64,000 nt of DNA from Paramoeba atlantica (lineage: Eukaryota; Protista; Discosea): positions 372,001-436,000 of the forward strand of contig CDRNVI010000083.1 in NCBI GenBank assembly GCA_977017575.1, read 5' to 3'. The first letter of the stretch is position 1, and each line of letters begins with the position of its first letter. Made by a program: the position numbers and the translations under genes. Shown here one piece after another: positions 51,301 to 61,433 of the stretch. The notes under the pieces were generated by a model. That model saw only the letters and a list, made by a program, of their open reading frames with translations. It did no database searches and was not told the origin of the DNA.

Positions 51301-54263
51301 TAAGCATTTACAGGCAGCTCTCCTTACCCACGGAGGCAAGAACACAGACCCACTCGAATCCCTTACGAAGCTCGCTAATCATCTCCTCGCAGGAAAAGCA
51401 CCAAAGGAAGTACAGAGTCACTTTGCGGGAGCCCGACTGTGTGCCCTAGAGAAAGGTGAAAACGACGTTCGCCCAATTGCCGCCGGGGAAACTTTGCGAC
51501 GGTTAGTGAGCAAGGCTGCATGCAACGCAGTCAGGTCCAAGGCTAGAACTCTTTTTGCAGGACGGCAATTTGGTGTGGCTACCCCAGCTGGGAATGAACG
51601 CATTATCCACATGTGCCGCTTGGCCATCTCATCAAACATGGACTGCTCCAACTTTGTACTCTGCAAAGTTGACCTACGGAACGCTTTCAACAACGTGAGC
51701 AGGACTTGTTTTCTTCCTCTAGTCCAAGAGCACTTCCCAGAGCTATTCCCATGGATAAGCTGGTGTTACTCGAACCCCAGCTCGCTCACCTATGGACTCC
51801 GATCACTTTCTTCTGAAGAGGGAGTGCAACAGGGCGACCATTTAGGACCGCTACTCTTCTCGCTAGTGTCCTTAGCGCTCGCAGAAGCAATTGCTCTTCA
51901 GGCTAACCTCTTTGCCCAGTTATGGTACCTCGATGACGGCGTCCTCATTGGACAAGCGCAAGACGTTAGGAACGCCCTCGACACGATTGCCCGAGTAGGT
52001 CCACAATGGGGTTTACATCTTAACATGCCTAAATGTGAGATCGTTACACCCCCGGCATCGGCACACCACGCCTCCGAATTTCCAGATATCCCCTCCAATA
52101 AGATCAATGTCCACGGCAATTTCGACATCCTTGGGAGCCCGGTGGGATCGCCAGAACATTGCTCAGAGTACCTCGAGACACATGCCATAGGCCCCGCGGA
52201 GGACACGCTTGACGCGATAGCCACCATCCGGGACCCACAGGTCGCACTTGCCCTTATCAGACAGTGTGCTGGGTTTTGCAAGATTGTGTACGCTCTGAGA
52301 AGTACACCGCCCCAAGCCATAACCCATCTATGCACCCGACTCGACGGCTTTCTTATGACTGCTACCGAAGCAATAATTTGCCCCCTGGATCGCCACGCGC
52401 GATCTCAGGTACAGCGTTTGAAGCGGCACGGCGGTTTTGGATTAAGGTCCGCAGCGTTGCACGCCACGGCCGCCTACGTATCTTCCGTCGCTTTCTGTGC
52501 GGCCAGAGACTCATGGAACCCCACTGACGCAGATGGATTCGCGGAAGCTGTCAGGGATATCAGCAAGAAGGCCGGAATATCTTTACTTGACTCGCGAGGC
52601 CGTATCCTCACAGCGCCGAACGCCCCTTGCGAAAAAGCAGTTGGCAGCCCTTTCTCCCATAGAAAGAGGAAACGCCCCCTAGGTGTCATCGATCAGCCTC
52701 CCTCGGAGATCTGCCTACCCCTGCGCATAACTTCCCGCACCATGCATACACCTGAGGAAATACACTTTTCTACACCGCTGTACGCCTCGGAGGATTGTGC
52801 TGATACGACCCCCCCGCAATGGTTGAAAGGGAAGATCCCTCGCCAGCGAGACATCAGCTACGCGATCGCGGCCCACGATTTCTCCCAATCATACGAAATG
52901 TCAGATGTGCGGACACGAGCACGATGGATATCTCAGTGCGGTAAAGGGGCAAGCAGCTGGGCTTTTGTAACCCCGTCTAAGGACATGGGGTATTCCTTTA
53001 CCCCTACAGCATTTCGAACCTTGGCCCGTTGGTGGTTAGGGATCGATGTTTACCCTGAAGAAGGGAAGTGTCCTATGCCGAAATGCCCTCTTCCACTCGA
53101 CACAAAAGGGGACCACGCATTGTCTTGCAAGCACGACAACGGAATTATCGCGAGGCACAATGCCGTGGCAGATCAGTTCACGGACCTTTGCAGCAGAGCC
53201 AAACTGGCCCCACAACGGGAGAAAAGTCTTGGCAACAGAGGCCCAGGGGGGGCCCTCACCAGACCTGGCGACGTATACCTGCTCAGTCTTTTCTTGGGGA
53301 ATCCCATCGTGCTTGACTTCGCGGTCACCCATGCTCAGCAACTAAAATATACGGACAAAGTCCGGAACGCTAGCTGGGTAACCGCGGGGTCGTTTGCCGA
53401 GCATTATTCCTCCATGGAGAAGGGCAGGCAGCGCCGGGAAGCCGTTGACGCCGGGTGTGACTTTACGGCCATGGTGGTCGAAAGCTATGGCGCCTGGAGC
53501 CCCAGTGCTTCAGCAGTGATCCGCAAAGTTGGGGAACGTCTCTCACATGCCTCGTGTGGGTTATTGACAGAAGGGGAAGCCACGAGCAGAATCTTTACGG
53601 AGCTGAACGTCACCCTCATGCGCCTTCAGGCGCGCATGATGGTTACTCGTTTACTTCCTGAGGATCCTCTCTCTCCTACGGAGGTGTAAACGTTCGTAAA
53701 CGTCGACCGCGCCCCTTTTGGCACGGGAACACGTTTGCGCCCATGAAGAGCTGGTCGGGATGCTGGTCGAGTCGACAGAGTCTATACTCACGCCTAGCCC
53801 GCGAGGGCTAGGTACCCCAAGTGAGGTAGTACACGGGTAGTGAATCTCCTCCCCGTCGGCCAGCATCCTGTTTCGCGACCGTGTCGCTGTCGACACAGGC
53901 CCGCGCCTGCGCCCTCCCACATAACAAGGGAAGGGTTCACAAGTCAGGCCGTGGAGAGGTCGAAAGACCCGGTCCGGAACGCGCGAATGGATTGGGTCTG
54001 GATTGCTTGTTTTTATTTTTACTGTGTCTTGTTTGTCGTATATACTTAGGGGAGATTGAATTGCTAGTTTTGGGCTGAGAAAAAAGAAAAAGAAAATATA
54101 CTTCTGTGGAAATAAAAAGAATTGCTAATTTGATTGCTTGTTTTAAATTCATATACCCCCCTAATGGACCTACTATGTACTTGGTTCGTCTACTGGGTCA
54201 AAATATAGAGGCAATGCCGCGTTTCATACTTCTCCCCCCTTATTAAAAAAAAAAAAAAAAAAA
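51301..54263 (+). mobile_element. 5'-truncated family D3 element (RT, CCHC, RLE, 3' UTR, poly(A))
   Basis: Frame open from ~51303 to 53689: VRPIAAGE, VDLRNAFN, GVQQGDHLG, WYLDD, RPGDVYL, LDFAV. A-run 54245-54263. Confidence 0.9.
53757..53995 (+). ncRNA. Conserved structured 3' UTR module of D-type elements (representative copy)
   Basis: Enclosing stem gatgctggtcga/tcggccagcatc, CUCAC/GUGAG domain with GCGA tetraloop, and gtgtcg-ctgt-cgacac and ggtc-gaaa-gacc hairpins. Present in D1 (x3), D2, D3 and D4. Structure inferred by eye. Confidence 0.55.
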
Positions 54264-54299
54264 CTTTAACGATAAAGATACAGTTTCTGTACCTTGTTG
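54264..54299 (+). other. Spliced-leader exon sequence (36 nt)
   Basis: CTTTAACGATAAAGATACAGTTTCTGTACCTTGTTG directly after the D3 poly(A), followed by aattatttt and ATG at 54346. Confidence 0.87.
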
Positions 54300-54345
54300 A
54301 ATTATTTTCCTTATTTCACTTTTCTCCAGGTACGCGGTTCCTTCT

Positions 54346-57300
54346 ATGACCAGCCAGAAAAACCTGGGTCTCACGTTGTCACACGACGAACGTTTCGATG
54401 AAGAAGCGCTACCCATGGAATATTACTCCTTTGCCCAGGAAGAGAAATCTCATAACGCTGGAGACTGGGACCAATTCGCCGGGAACGCGCATTTGATTTC
54501 TGGCAGAAGCACGTATAATGAACTCCTTTACACCACCCCTATTCCCGAGAATGTGCCCGAATACTGGACAAGACGAGCTATCATGATAGACGGAGAGAAA
54601 CCCACGCCAGACACGGGGAAGGTAACAGACAATGAGGAGACAAATCACTCCCTCGTCATACGAACAAACATGACACAGCCTCAAGCGAATCCTGACACCA
54701 ACGCTTCACCTGCAACCAAGACTCCGAAACGCAAAACACCGAATTCCACTCCACAATACACCATACAACGTGAATGCCCAGCGGCAGGTTGCACCTGGAA
54801 GACTCCCCCACACGGAGGGCAATGGCAAGCGTTCTACAATCATGTAGCTCACCGACATGGTAAAAATATTTCGACTGATTGGTGGGAAAAGGAAGGTAGA
54901 TTCCTTTGCAAGGATTGCATCCGGCATTACGACAAAAGCAAACAGATCTCTCACCTTAAGCACTGTAAAGGACGAAACCAACCCGTTCGATCACTAACGC
55001 CGCCCATGCCGACGTCTTTTTCGGAGAAAATAAATGAAGAGCATCCAGCTGATCCACTTCCACTTCTTAGCTCAGTTTGTTCACTTCCTTTAAGCACCTG
55101 TAAGGACGTCCCCCATTGCTGCAGATTCTTGTGGGCCAGAATTTTGAGTGAAGCATTAACATCCGCTGTCAAAGAAAACACAGTGCAGGCCTGGACCCTC
55201 CTCGCGATGCTTCCGAAGTGCGTTCTCCCGGCCCCTTACCGTGGCGGTCGTAAAGGGCACACATCGTACTCCACATACGTGGAAAAACGCATGGAGCTCT
55301 GGCTCGGTGGAGACTACCTTCTCCTCTGGGACCAAGCCCTGAAGGATGGCGAGAGAAAACGCTTGAAGTCCAGGAACCCAGAAAGTGACGAAGATAGAGC
55401 GGCAATAAGAGCAGAGCTCTTGGTGCGTCAGGGGGAATTCTCTAGAGGAATGGCCGCCCTATCTGCAGCTCCCATGGCCCCGGACAACGAGGAGACCCTT
55501 GCCAAGCTGTTGGAAAAACACCCAGAGCCCCACGAAAATCCCCTCGAGGAAGATCTACCGCCGATTAAGGGTGCCCCTCTACAGTTGCAAGAAGCAGAGG
55601 TCAGGAATGCGGTTCAAAGCTTTCACAGGGGGTCTTCCGCCGGTACAATGGGCCTCCGTCCTGAGCATCTCCAGTCGGCTATTTTGGAACACGAGGACAA
55701 AAACGTAAGTCCTCTCTCAGCTCTCACACGCCTCGTGAACCACTTACTCGAGGGAAAGGCGCCGCCTGAAGTTCAGCAGTCCTATGCAGGAGCTAGACTT
55801 TGCGCTCTGGAGAAAGGCGAAGACGACGTACGGCCCATTGCGGCGGGCGAAACCCTAAGGCGCCTAGTAAGCAAGGCAGCATGCCGCGCCGTAAAGGAGA
55901 AGGCGGGAACGTTATTCCGTGGACGCCAATACGGTGTTGCCGCATCTGCGGGGTCCGAACGAGTGATTTATCTCTGTCGGAAAACTATGCTCAACAACAT
56001 GGGGAGCGACAAGCTGGTTTTCTGCAAGGTTGATCTGCGAAACGCTTTTAACAACGTCAGCAGACCCGTCTTCGCTCTTCTCACGCGCCTACATTTTCCG
56101 GAACTTTCGCCCTGGGTAGAATGGTGCTACTCAAGTCCGAGTTGCCTCACGTATGGAAACAATTTCATCCCTTCAGCCGAAGGCGTGCAACAAGGTGATC
56201 CTTTAGGCCCACTTTTATTCTCTCTAGTGCTTTCTGAGGTGACGGAAGAGATAGCATCCCGATCAAACCTTGACTCGCAACTGTGGTACCTCGACGATGG
56301 GGTTCTTATGGGAGAGGCTGTGGAGGTCAGAAAGGCGGTGGACGTTTTTTCGGAAGTTGGCCCCCGGTGCGGACTTTTCTTGAATCCTGCGAAAAGTGAA
56401 ATCATAACGCCACCTGCCTCGGCTCATCTCACAACGCTTTTTCCCGAGATCCCAAAGGCGAAAATCCGGCACGACGGGAACTTCGATATCCTTGGGAGCC
56501 CGATCGGGTCGGACGAGCACTGCGCGGAGTTCCTGATGCAGCACGCCATCGACCCAGCACGTGAGACCCTAGCCGCCATAGGTTTAATAGGAGACCCCCA
56601 AGTGGCCAGTGCTCTAATCCGTCAATGCACGGGGTTCTGTCAGATGGTATACGCCCTCCGAACTACACCCCCACAGGCCCTTACCCATCTTTGCTTTTTA
56701 CTAGACGACTCTGTCATGACGGCTGTAGAGTGGGCACTTTTTCCCCTGGACCCCCCCGCACGTGATCAAATACTACGCAGGAAGCGCCACGGAGGCTTCG
56801 GTCTCAGATCGTCGACACTGCACGCAACGGCGGGATACGTTTCATCTGTCGCTCATGCCGCCGACATGGACGACTGGGGCCCCTTGGAAGCTCAAGGATT
56901 TACTACCTCCGTGCAAGACGTAAACGATAAAGCAGGCGCAGCGCTTGTGGACCCATGCACAGGACGCACTCCCAAACAAAACAATCCTCGCACAGATTCT
57001 GATCTACGTCATAGCTTGTCCTCGCAAACAAAACGCCCTCGGCGGACGCAGAATAAAAAGGGATCAGAGAAGACGGCCGAACCGGAGATGATTATCCCTA
57101 GACAGCAACAGCTCAGCCAAGTCATTTCCCAGCAAGAATTTAACACTGCATACGAGAAGGCTGACCCCCGCACACGTGCAAGATGGATATCAGAGTCCGG
57201 AAAAGGTGCCGGGAGCTGGGCTTTCGTGACTCCTTCGCGGACCAAGGGATACGCTTTCACTCCCACAGAGTTCCGTACCTTATCCCGCTGGTGGTTGGGC

Positions 57301-57948
57301 ATGGATGTCTATCCAGAGGATCGACCTTGTCCAGCAAAAGGATGTGACTTACCACTCCTAAAAAATGGGGAACACGCTCTGATGTGTAAGAACGGGCACG
57401 GCCTCATCACCCGCCACAATGCGGTCTGCCAACAGTTCACCTCCTTCTGCAGCAAGGCCAATATGGCTCCGCAAAGGGAAAAAAGTCTCGGAAATCGGGG
57501 ACCTGGAGGAGGTCTCACCAGACCAGGCGATGTTTTTCTTCCCAACTATGAACTGGGAGGTGGCATGGTTCTAGACTTCGCAGTCACCCACGCACAGCAA
57601 TTGAAGTATTTGGACTCAGTCCGTAATGCTAGCTGGGTGGCTGCGGGGTCTTTTGCTGAACACTTCTCTGAAACGAAAGGGAAGCAGCGCCAGGAAGCGG
57701 AAGCAGCTCAGTTACTGTTCACAGCGATGATTGTTGAGTCCTTCGGCTCATGGAGCAGAAGTGCCTTGACGGTCCTGTGGAAGGTGGGAGCGTTACGTGC
57801 CAACGCGTCGAACGGTCTTTTAACAGACACTCAGGCACGAAACATCCTTTTGAAAGAGCTTAATGTCACGTTGATGCGTTCCCAGGCTCGGATGATGGTC
57901 TCCAGGATAGTTGTCAGTGACCCTAACGCCCCCCTTGAAGGCGCTTAG
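54346..57948 (+). CDS. Zinc-finger-RT-RLE polyprotein (family D4)
   Basis: CPAAGC...HVAHRH, FLCKDC...HLKHC, VRPIAAGE, VDLRNAFN, GVQQGDPLGPLLF, WYLDD, CPAKGC...HALMC...HN, RPGDVFL, LDFAV, ESFGSW. Confidence 0.93.
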   Translation: MTSQKNLGLTLSHDERFDEEALPMEYYSFAQEEKSHNAGDWDQFAGNAHLISGRSTYNELLYTTPIPENVPEYWTRRAIMIDGEKPTPDTGKVTDNEETNHSLVIRTNMTQPQANPDTNASPATKTPKRKTPNSTPQYTIQRECPAAGCTWKTPPHGGQWQAFYNHVAHRHGKNISTDWWEKEGRFLCKDCIRHYDKSKQISHLKHCKGRNQPVRSLTPPMPTSFSEKINEEHPADPLPLLSSVCSLPLSTCKDVPHCCRFLWARILSEALTSAVKENTVQAWTLLAMLPKCVLPAPYRGGRKGHTSYSTYVEKRMELWLGGDYLLLWDQALKDGERKRLKSRNPESDEDRAAIRAELLVRQGEFSRGMAALSAAPMAPDNEETLAKLLEKHPEPHENPLEEDLPPIKGAPLQLQEAEVRNAVQSFHRGSSAGTMGLRPEHLQSAILEHEDKNVSPLSALTRLVNHLLEGKAPPEVQQSYAGARLCALEKGEDDVRPIAAGETLRRLVSKAACRAVKEKAGTLFRGRQYGVAASAGSERVIYLCRKTMLNNMGSDKLVFCKVDLRNAFNNVSRPVFALLTRLHFPELSPWVEWCYSSPSCLTYGNNFIPSAEGVQQGDPLGPLLFSLVLSEVTEEIASRSNLDSQLWYLDDGVLMGEAVEVRKAVDVFSEVGPRCGLFLNPAKSEIITPPASAHLTTLFPEIPKAKIRHDGNFDILGSPIGSDEHCAEFLMQHAIDPARETLAAIGLIGDPQVASALIRQCTGFCQMVYALRTTPPQALTHLCFLLDDSVMTAVEWALFPLDPPARDQILRRKRHGGFGLRSSTLHATAGYVSSVAHAADMDDWGPLEAQGFTTSVQDVNDKAGAALVDPCTGRTPKQNNPRTDSDLRHSLSSQTKRPRRTQNKKGSEKTAEPEMIIPRQQQLSQVISQQEFNTAYEKADPRTRARWISESGKGAGSWAFVTPSRTKGYAFTPTEFRTLSRWWLGMDVYPEDRPCPAKGCDLPLLKNGEHALMCKNGHGLITRHNAVCQQFTSFCSKANMAPQREKSLGNRGPGGGLTRPGDVFLPNYELGGGMVLDFAVTHAQQLKYLDSVRNASWVAAGSFAEHFSETKGKQRQEAEAAQLLFTAMIVESFGSWSRSALTVLWKVGALRANASNGLLTDTQARNILLKELNVTLMRSQARMMVSRIVVSDPNAPLEGA

Positions 57949-58992
57949 GGGCATGGCGAAGACGCCATGCGCAGGGCCACATTCCTCTGGCCCGGATGCT
58001 GGTCGAGTCGACAGAGTCTATGCTCACGCCTAGTCCGTCAGGTCTAGGTACCCCAAGTGAGGTAGTACACGGGTAGTGAATCTCCTCCCCGTCGGCCAGC
58101 ATCCTGTTTCTCGACCGTGTCGCTGTCGACACAGGCCCGCGCCTGCGCCCTCCCGTATAACAAGGGAAGGGTCCACAAGTCAGGCCGTGGAGAGGTCGAA
58201 AGACCCGGTCCGGAACGCGCGAATGGTTGAGGAGCCGCCTGCAGGCCGGGTGAGGCGAAGCTGAGGGAGACTTTACCCCCCCTGAAAAGTTGAAAAGTTG
58301 GGTAGGGGAAAGCAGGAAAGTAGGGAGTAAGGTGGGAAAAGTATGCCAAGAGGTGAGAAAGAGGAGAAAGAGAGAGAAAAATTTTCTTTATTTGCATAAA
58401 AACAATATAAAATTGCTAAAAGAAATCCACACCGAGGGGCCGCGCAGGACATAAAAGAAAATAACTATAAAGATGAAATAATAATTTATTTTCACATGAG
58501 TTCACCTATTCATATCATATACATGAAAAGCAAATTGAAACGTATGTAGCTTCTACATCATCTTGACAAAATAGGCCTTTCAAAACAAACAATATAAATT
58601 TATAATATATCACTATGTTAGCGGGTTGCACCCGCCAAACCCGGCGGCTACCTGCCCCTAAGATTCCACAACGGCTACCTACCCCTAAAAGATTCTACAA
58701 GTAAGTAATCAGTAAATATGTAAATTTTCAGAATACATATTGTAGTTTTTATACATGATTCAATTACAACCCCCTTTCGGGGAAAAGAACAGTGAAAATT
58801 ATAACCCCCTTCCGGGGCATTTGACCCGATATTAGCCCCTCGGTTAAATTTCCATGCGTAGACTTCTATTAGTTCCGCGCGGTTGGACTGAAAGGTTAAA
58901 TGTTCAGGAGAAAATTGTAAATCCTTTAACTGGGCAAATTCTCCCAGTGTTGGTTGGTTGGTTGGTTGGTTTCCAACTGGCAAACGACGCGA

Positions 58993-59616
58993 ACCTTTCT
59001 TTTGTTAAGACCCTTTCTTTTGTTAAGACCCTTTCTTTTGTTAAGACCCTTTCTTTTGTTAAGACCCTTTCTTTTGTTAAGACCCTTTCTTTTGTTAAGA
59101 CCCTTTCTTTTGTTAAGACCCTTTCTTTTGTTAAGACCCTTTCTTTTGTTAAGACCCTTTCTTTTGTTAAGACCCTTTCTTTTGTTAAGACCCTTTCTTT
59201 TGTTAAGACCCTTTCTTTTGTTAAGACCCTTTCTTTTGTTAAGACCCTTTCTTTTGTTAACACCCTTTCTTTTGTTAAGACCCTTTCTTTTGTTAAGACC
59301 CTTTCTTTTGTTAAGACCCTTTCTTTTGTTAACACCCTTTCTTTTGTTAAGACCCTTTCTTTTGTTAACACCCTTTCTTTTGTTAAGACCCTTTCTTTTG
59401 TTAAGACCCTTTCTTTTGTTGAGACCCTTTCTTTTGTTAAGACCCTTTCTTTTGTTAAGACCCTTTCTTTTGTTAAGACCCTTTCTTTTGTTAAGACCCT
59501 TTCTTTTGTTAACACCCTTTCTTTTGTTAAGACCCTTTCTTTTGTTAACACCCTTTCTTTTGTTAAGACCCTTTCTTTTGTTAAGACCCTTTCTTTTGTT
59601 AAGACCCTTTCTTTTG
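58993..59616. repeat. Tandem array of 18-bp AAGACCCTTTCTTTTGTT, ~34 units
   Basis: Directly visible, with a recurrent variant AACACCC. Ends in an inverted copy of the unit. Confidence 0.98.
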
Positions 59617-59635
59617 AAAGGGTCTTAGCAAAAGC

Positions 59636-59658
59636 CAACAAGGTACAACAAGGTACAG
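59636..59658 (-). other. 3' part of spliced leader with a 10-nt stutter, joined to one repeat unit
   Basis: Minus strand CTGTACCTTGTTG-TACCTTGTTG-GCTTTTGCTAAGACCCTTTC. Confidence 0.7.
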
Positions 59659-60150
59659 TCTTCATATCACACATATTCATCATTTTGCACGTGCCTCCTT
59701 CTAAAAAAAAGCAAACCTTCTTTCTAAAACAAAGCAACTTCAAAACATTGCCTTTCCCTCATCCTCCGCTGCTAGATAGCGGTGTAATTGGGATAACAGA
59801 GTTGAACCGTTCAATTCTTGAAGCAAAAGAGCAAAATCCTCTAAAATGGACTGTCTGGAGAGTTGACAACGATCTACTAGAGCACCTAGAAGGTTCTTTG
59901 TGTTACTATGCAACGCTCCTCCGGACAATAAAGCCAGGCACTGGAATTTCTCTTTGGCTATCAACCCTGACGAAACGTAACGCTCAAGTTTTTTGTTGGT
60001 CGCTTCCCTCATCATTTTGCACGGTTGTTTGTTCACGTGTGCCTGAGACAATTCCTGGATCACAGTCAAATCGTAGAACACTGTGCCGTCCGCCCAATAA
60101 ACTGCTAGATCCGGCCCTGATCGGTGGATGTTACCATGGCAGCTGCGCTG
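59659..60150 (-). mobile_element. Family F element, 3' part (RLE + UTR)
   Basis: QRSCHGNIHRSGPDLAVYW...YDLTV. Continues 61431-62786 across the 16-bp TSD CATGGCAGCTGCGCTG (60135-60150 and 61431-61446). Confidence 0.87.
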
Positions 60151-60169
60151 CGTCAGAGCATTCGACTTT

Positions 60170-60396
60170 TGTACCAACGGATCTGATATACACGGATATT
60201 TTCTTGCGGAGGAAGAAAACCTGGAAAACTTTCTTCTGCACGATGGCCGAACAGACCTTTATAGCTCAAATGTAGTTTCGACGCCCCGGTCCGATTCGCG
60301 GATCGTGTTACGGTTCCTTCGGAGATGTTCAAGGCGGTTTGTTTATCGAATGTCCACGCCACTGTGCATTTGGTTCCTTTTTTTATTGAAGAACAA
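60170..60396 (-). mobile_element. Internal family B fragment (beta-rich N-terminal domain)
   Basis: Matches 10866-11090 (CSSIKKGTKCTVAW...VYQIRWY). Confidence 0.9.
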
Positions 60397-60946
60397 TTTT
60401 TTTTTTCTTTCTTGTTGTAGTATACAATGGCAGTATACAATGTTGCTGTATACTCAAAATAATAGTTTCACGTGTTTTCCGTTCCTTTATTTATTCACAT
60501 GTTACTCAAAAAAGCAAAACAGTAATAGCCGAATGCTGAAAGCAGCGAAAAAGTGACGACTCAAAGCAGCGAAACGGTGATAACCCAAAGCAGCGAAACA
60601 GTAACAACCAAGAGCTGAAAGCTGCGGAACAATAATCACCAAGCAGCAAAACAAAAATAACCTAAGGCTGAAACCTAACCAAGCAGCGAAACAGTAATCA
60701 CCAAAGGCTGAAAGCAACGAAACATTATTAATCACCAAAGGCTGAAAGCAACGAAACATTATTAACGAAATGTTAAAAGCAGCGAAAATGTAATATTCAG
60801 AGGAGTGTTTAAAGACGGAGTCCTCCTACCCATTTCTCGGTTTCTATATATTGGCGCAATTGAGAGACGACTGCATAGGCTGAATATTTTTCCAGTTCAA
60901 GTTGAAAAGCTTCTCGTACAATCTTGTAATCAACATCAACTTTTGT
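60397..60946 (-). mobile_element. Family A'' 3' end: last ~45 codons and 3' UTR with degenerate TTTCGCTGCTTT repeats
   Basis: Minus strand DVDYKIVREAFQLELEKYSAYAVVSQLRQYIETEKWVGGLRL stop, homologous to the A and A' C-termini. aaagcagcgaaa-like motif repeated ~8 times. Confidence 0.82.
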
Positions 60947-61433
60947 CGAATGATGGGGCGTAGCGACCCCAGCTTCCCTAGCTAACTCACCCGGCGTCGC
61001 ACAACAAGACGCTACATACCTAGGGTGGGTACGATCAAGGTCCCGCGGATGACACTACCCGGTGCCAACAAAACAAGGCACAAAATAACTAGGGTAACGG
61101 TCACCCAGACATCGCAGCGTGAGAATGACACCGCCCGGTACCGGATATAACAAGGTACTAAGAAACTAGGGTGGGTGTCATTCAGCATAATCTTTGGAGT
61201 GTGTTGTGTTTTTCACTTCAAAAGAAGTGTTTTTTCATAAAGAATATTTTCTTGTAGTATATAAAAGGGGATAAAAAAAAGATAAGCTGGCTGCTCGCGC
61301 TCGATCTGGTCAGATCTTCGGATTTGACTTGCGTGCTGCGTGGCACAGCTCCTAGCAAGCGATAAGGGGAGGCTTGTTCTAGGGAGGTAACATCTCCTCG
61401 GAGATATATTGCCTAATTCATCATCATCATCAT
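60945..61433 (+). mobile_element. Second variant of the structured (CAT)5-tailed element
   Basis: The 5' ~250 nt is clearly homologous to the reverse complement of 15580-15830. The 3' part differs and is hairpin-rich (gtcagatc-ttcg-gatttgac). (CAT)5 at 61419-61433. Confidence 0.83.

Larger units (their letters stand above)
54264..58226 (+). mobile_element. Family D4 element, complete 5' end and ORF, 3' UTR cut short
   Basis: SL, 1200-aa ORF, and a D-type 3' UTR that stops at gcgaatgg with no poly(A). Confidence 0.92.

Noticed and set aside
58227-58820. Possible organellar or ncRNA fragment in the orphan purine/AT-rich segment
   Set aside because: No diagnostic motif could be recognised by eye; left unannotated pending BLAST.
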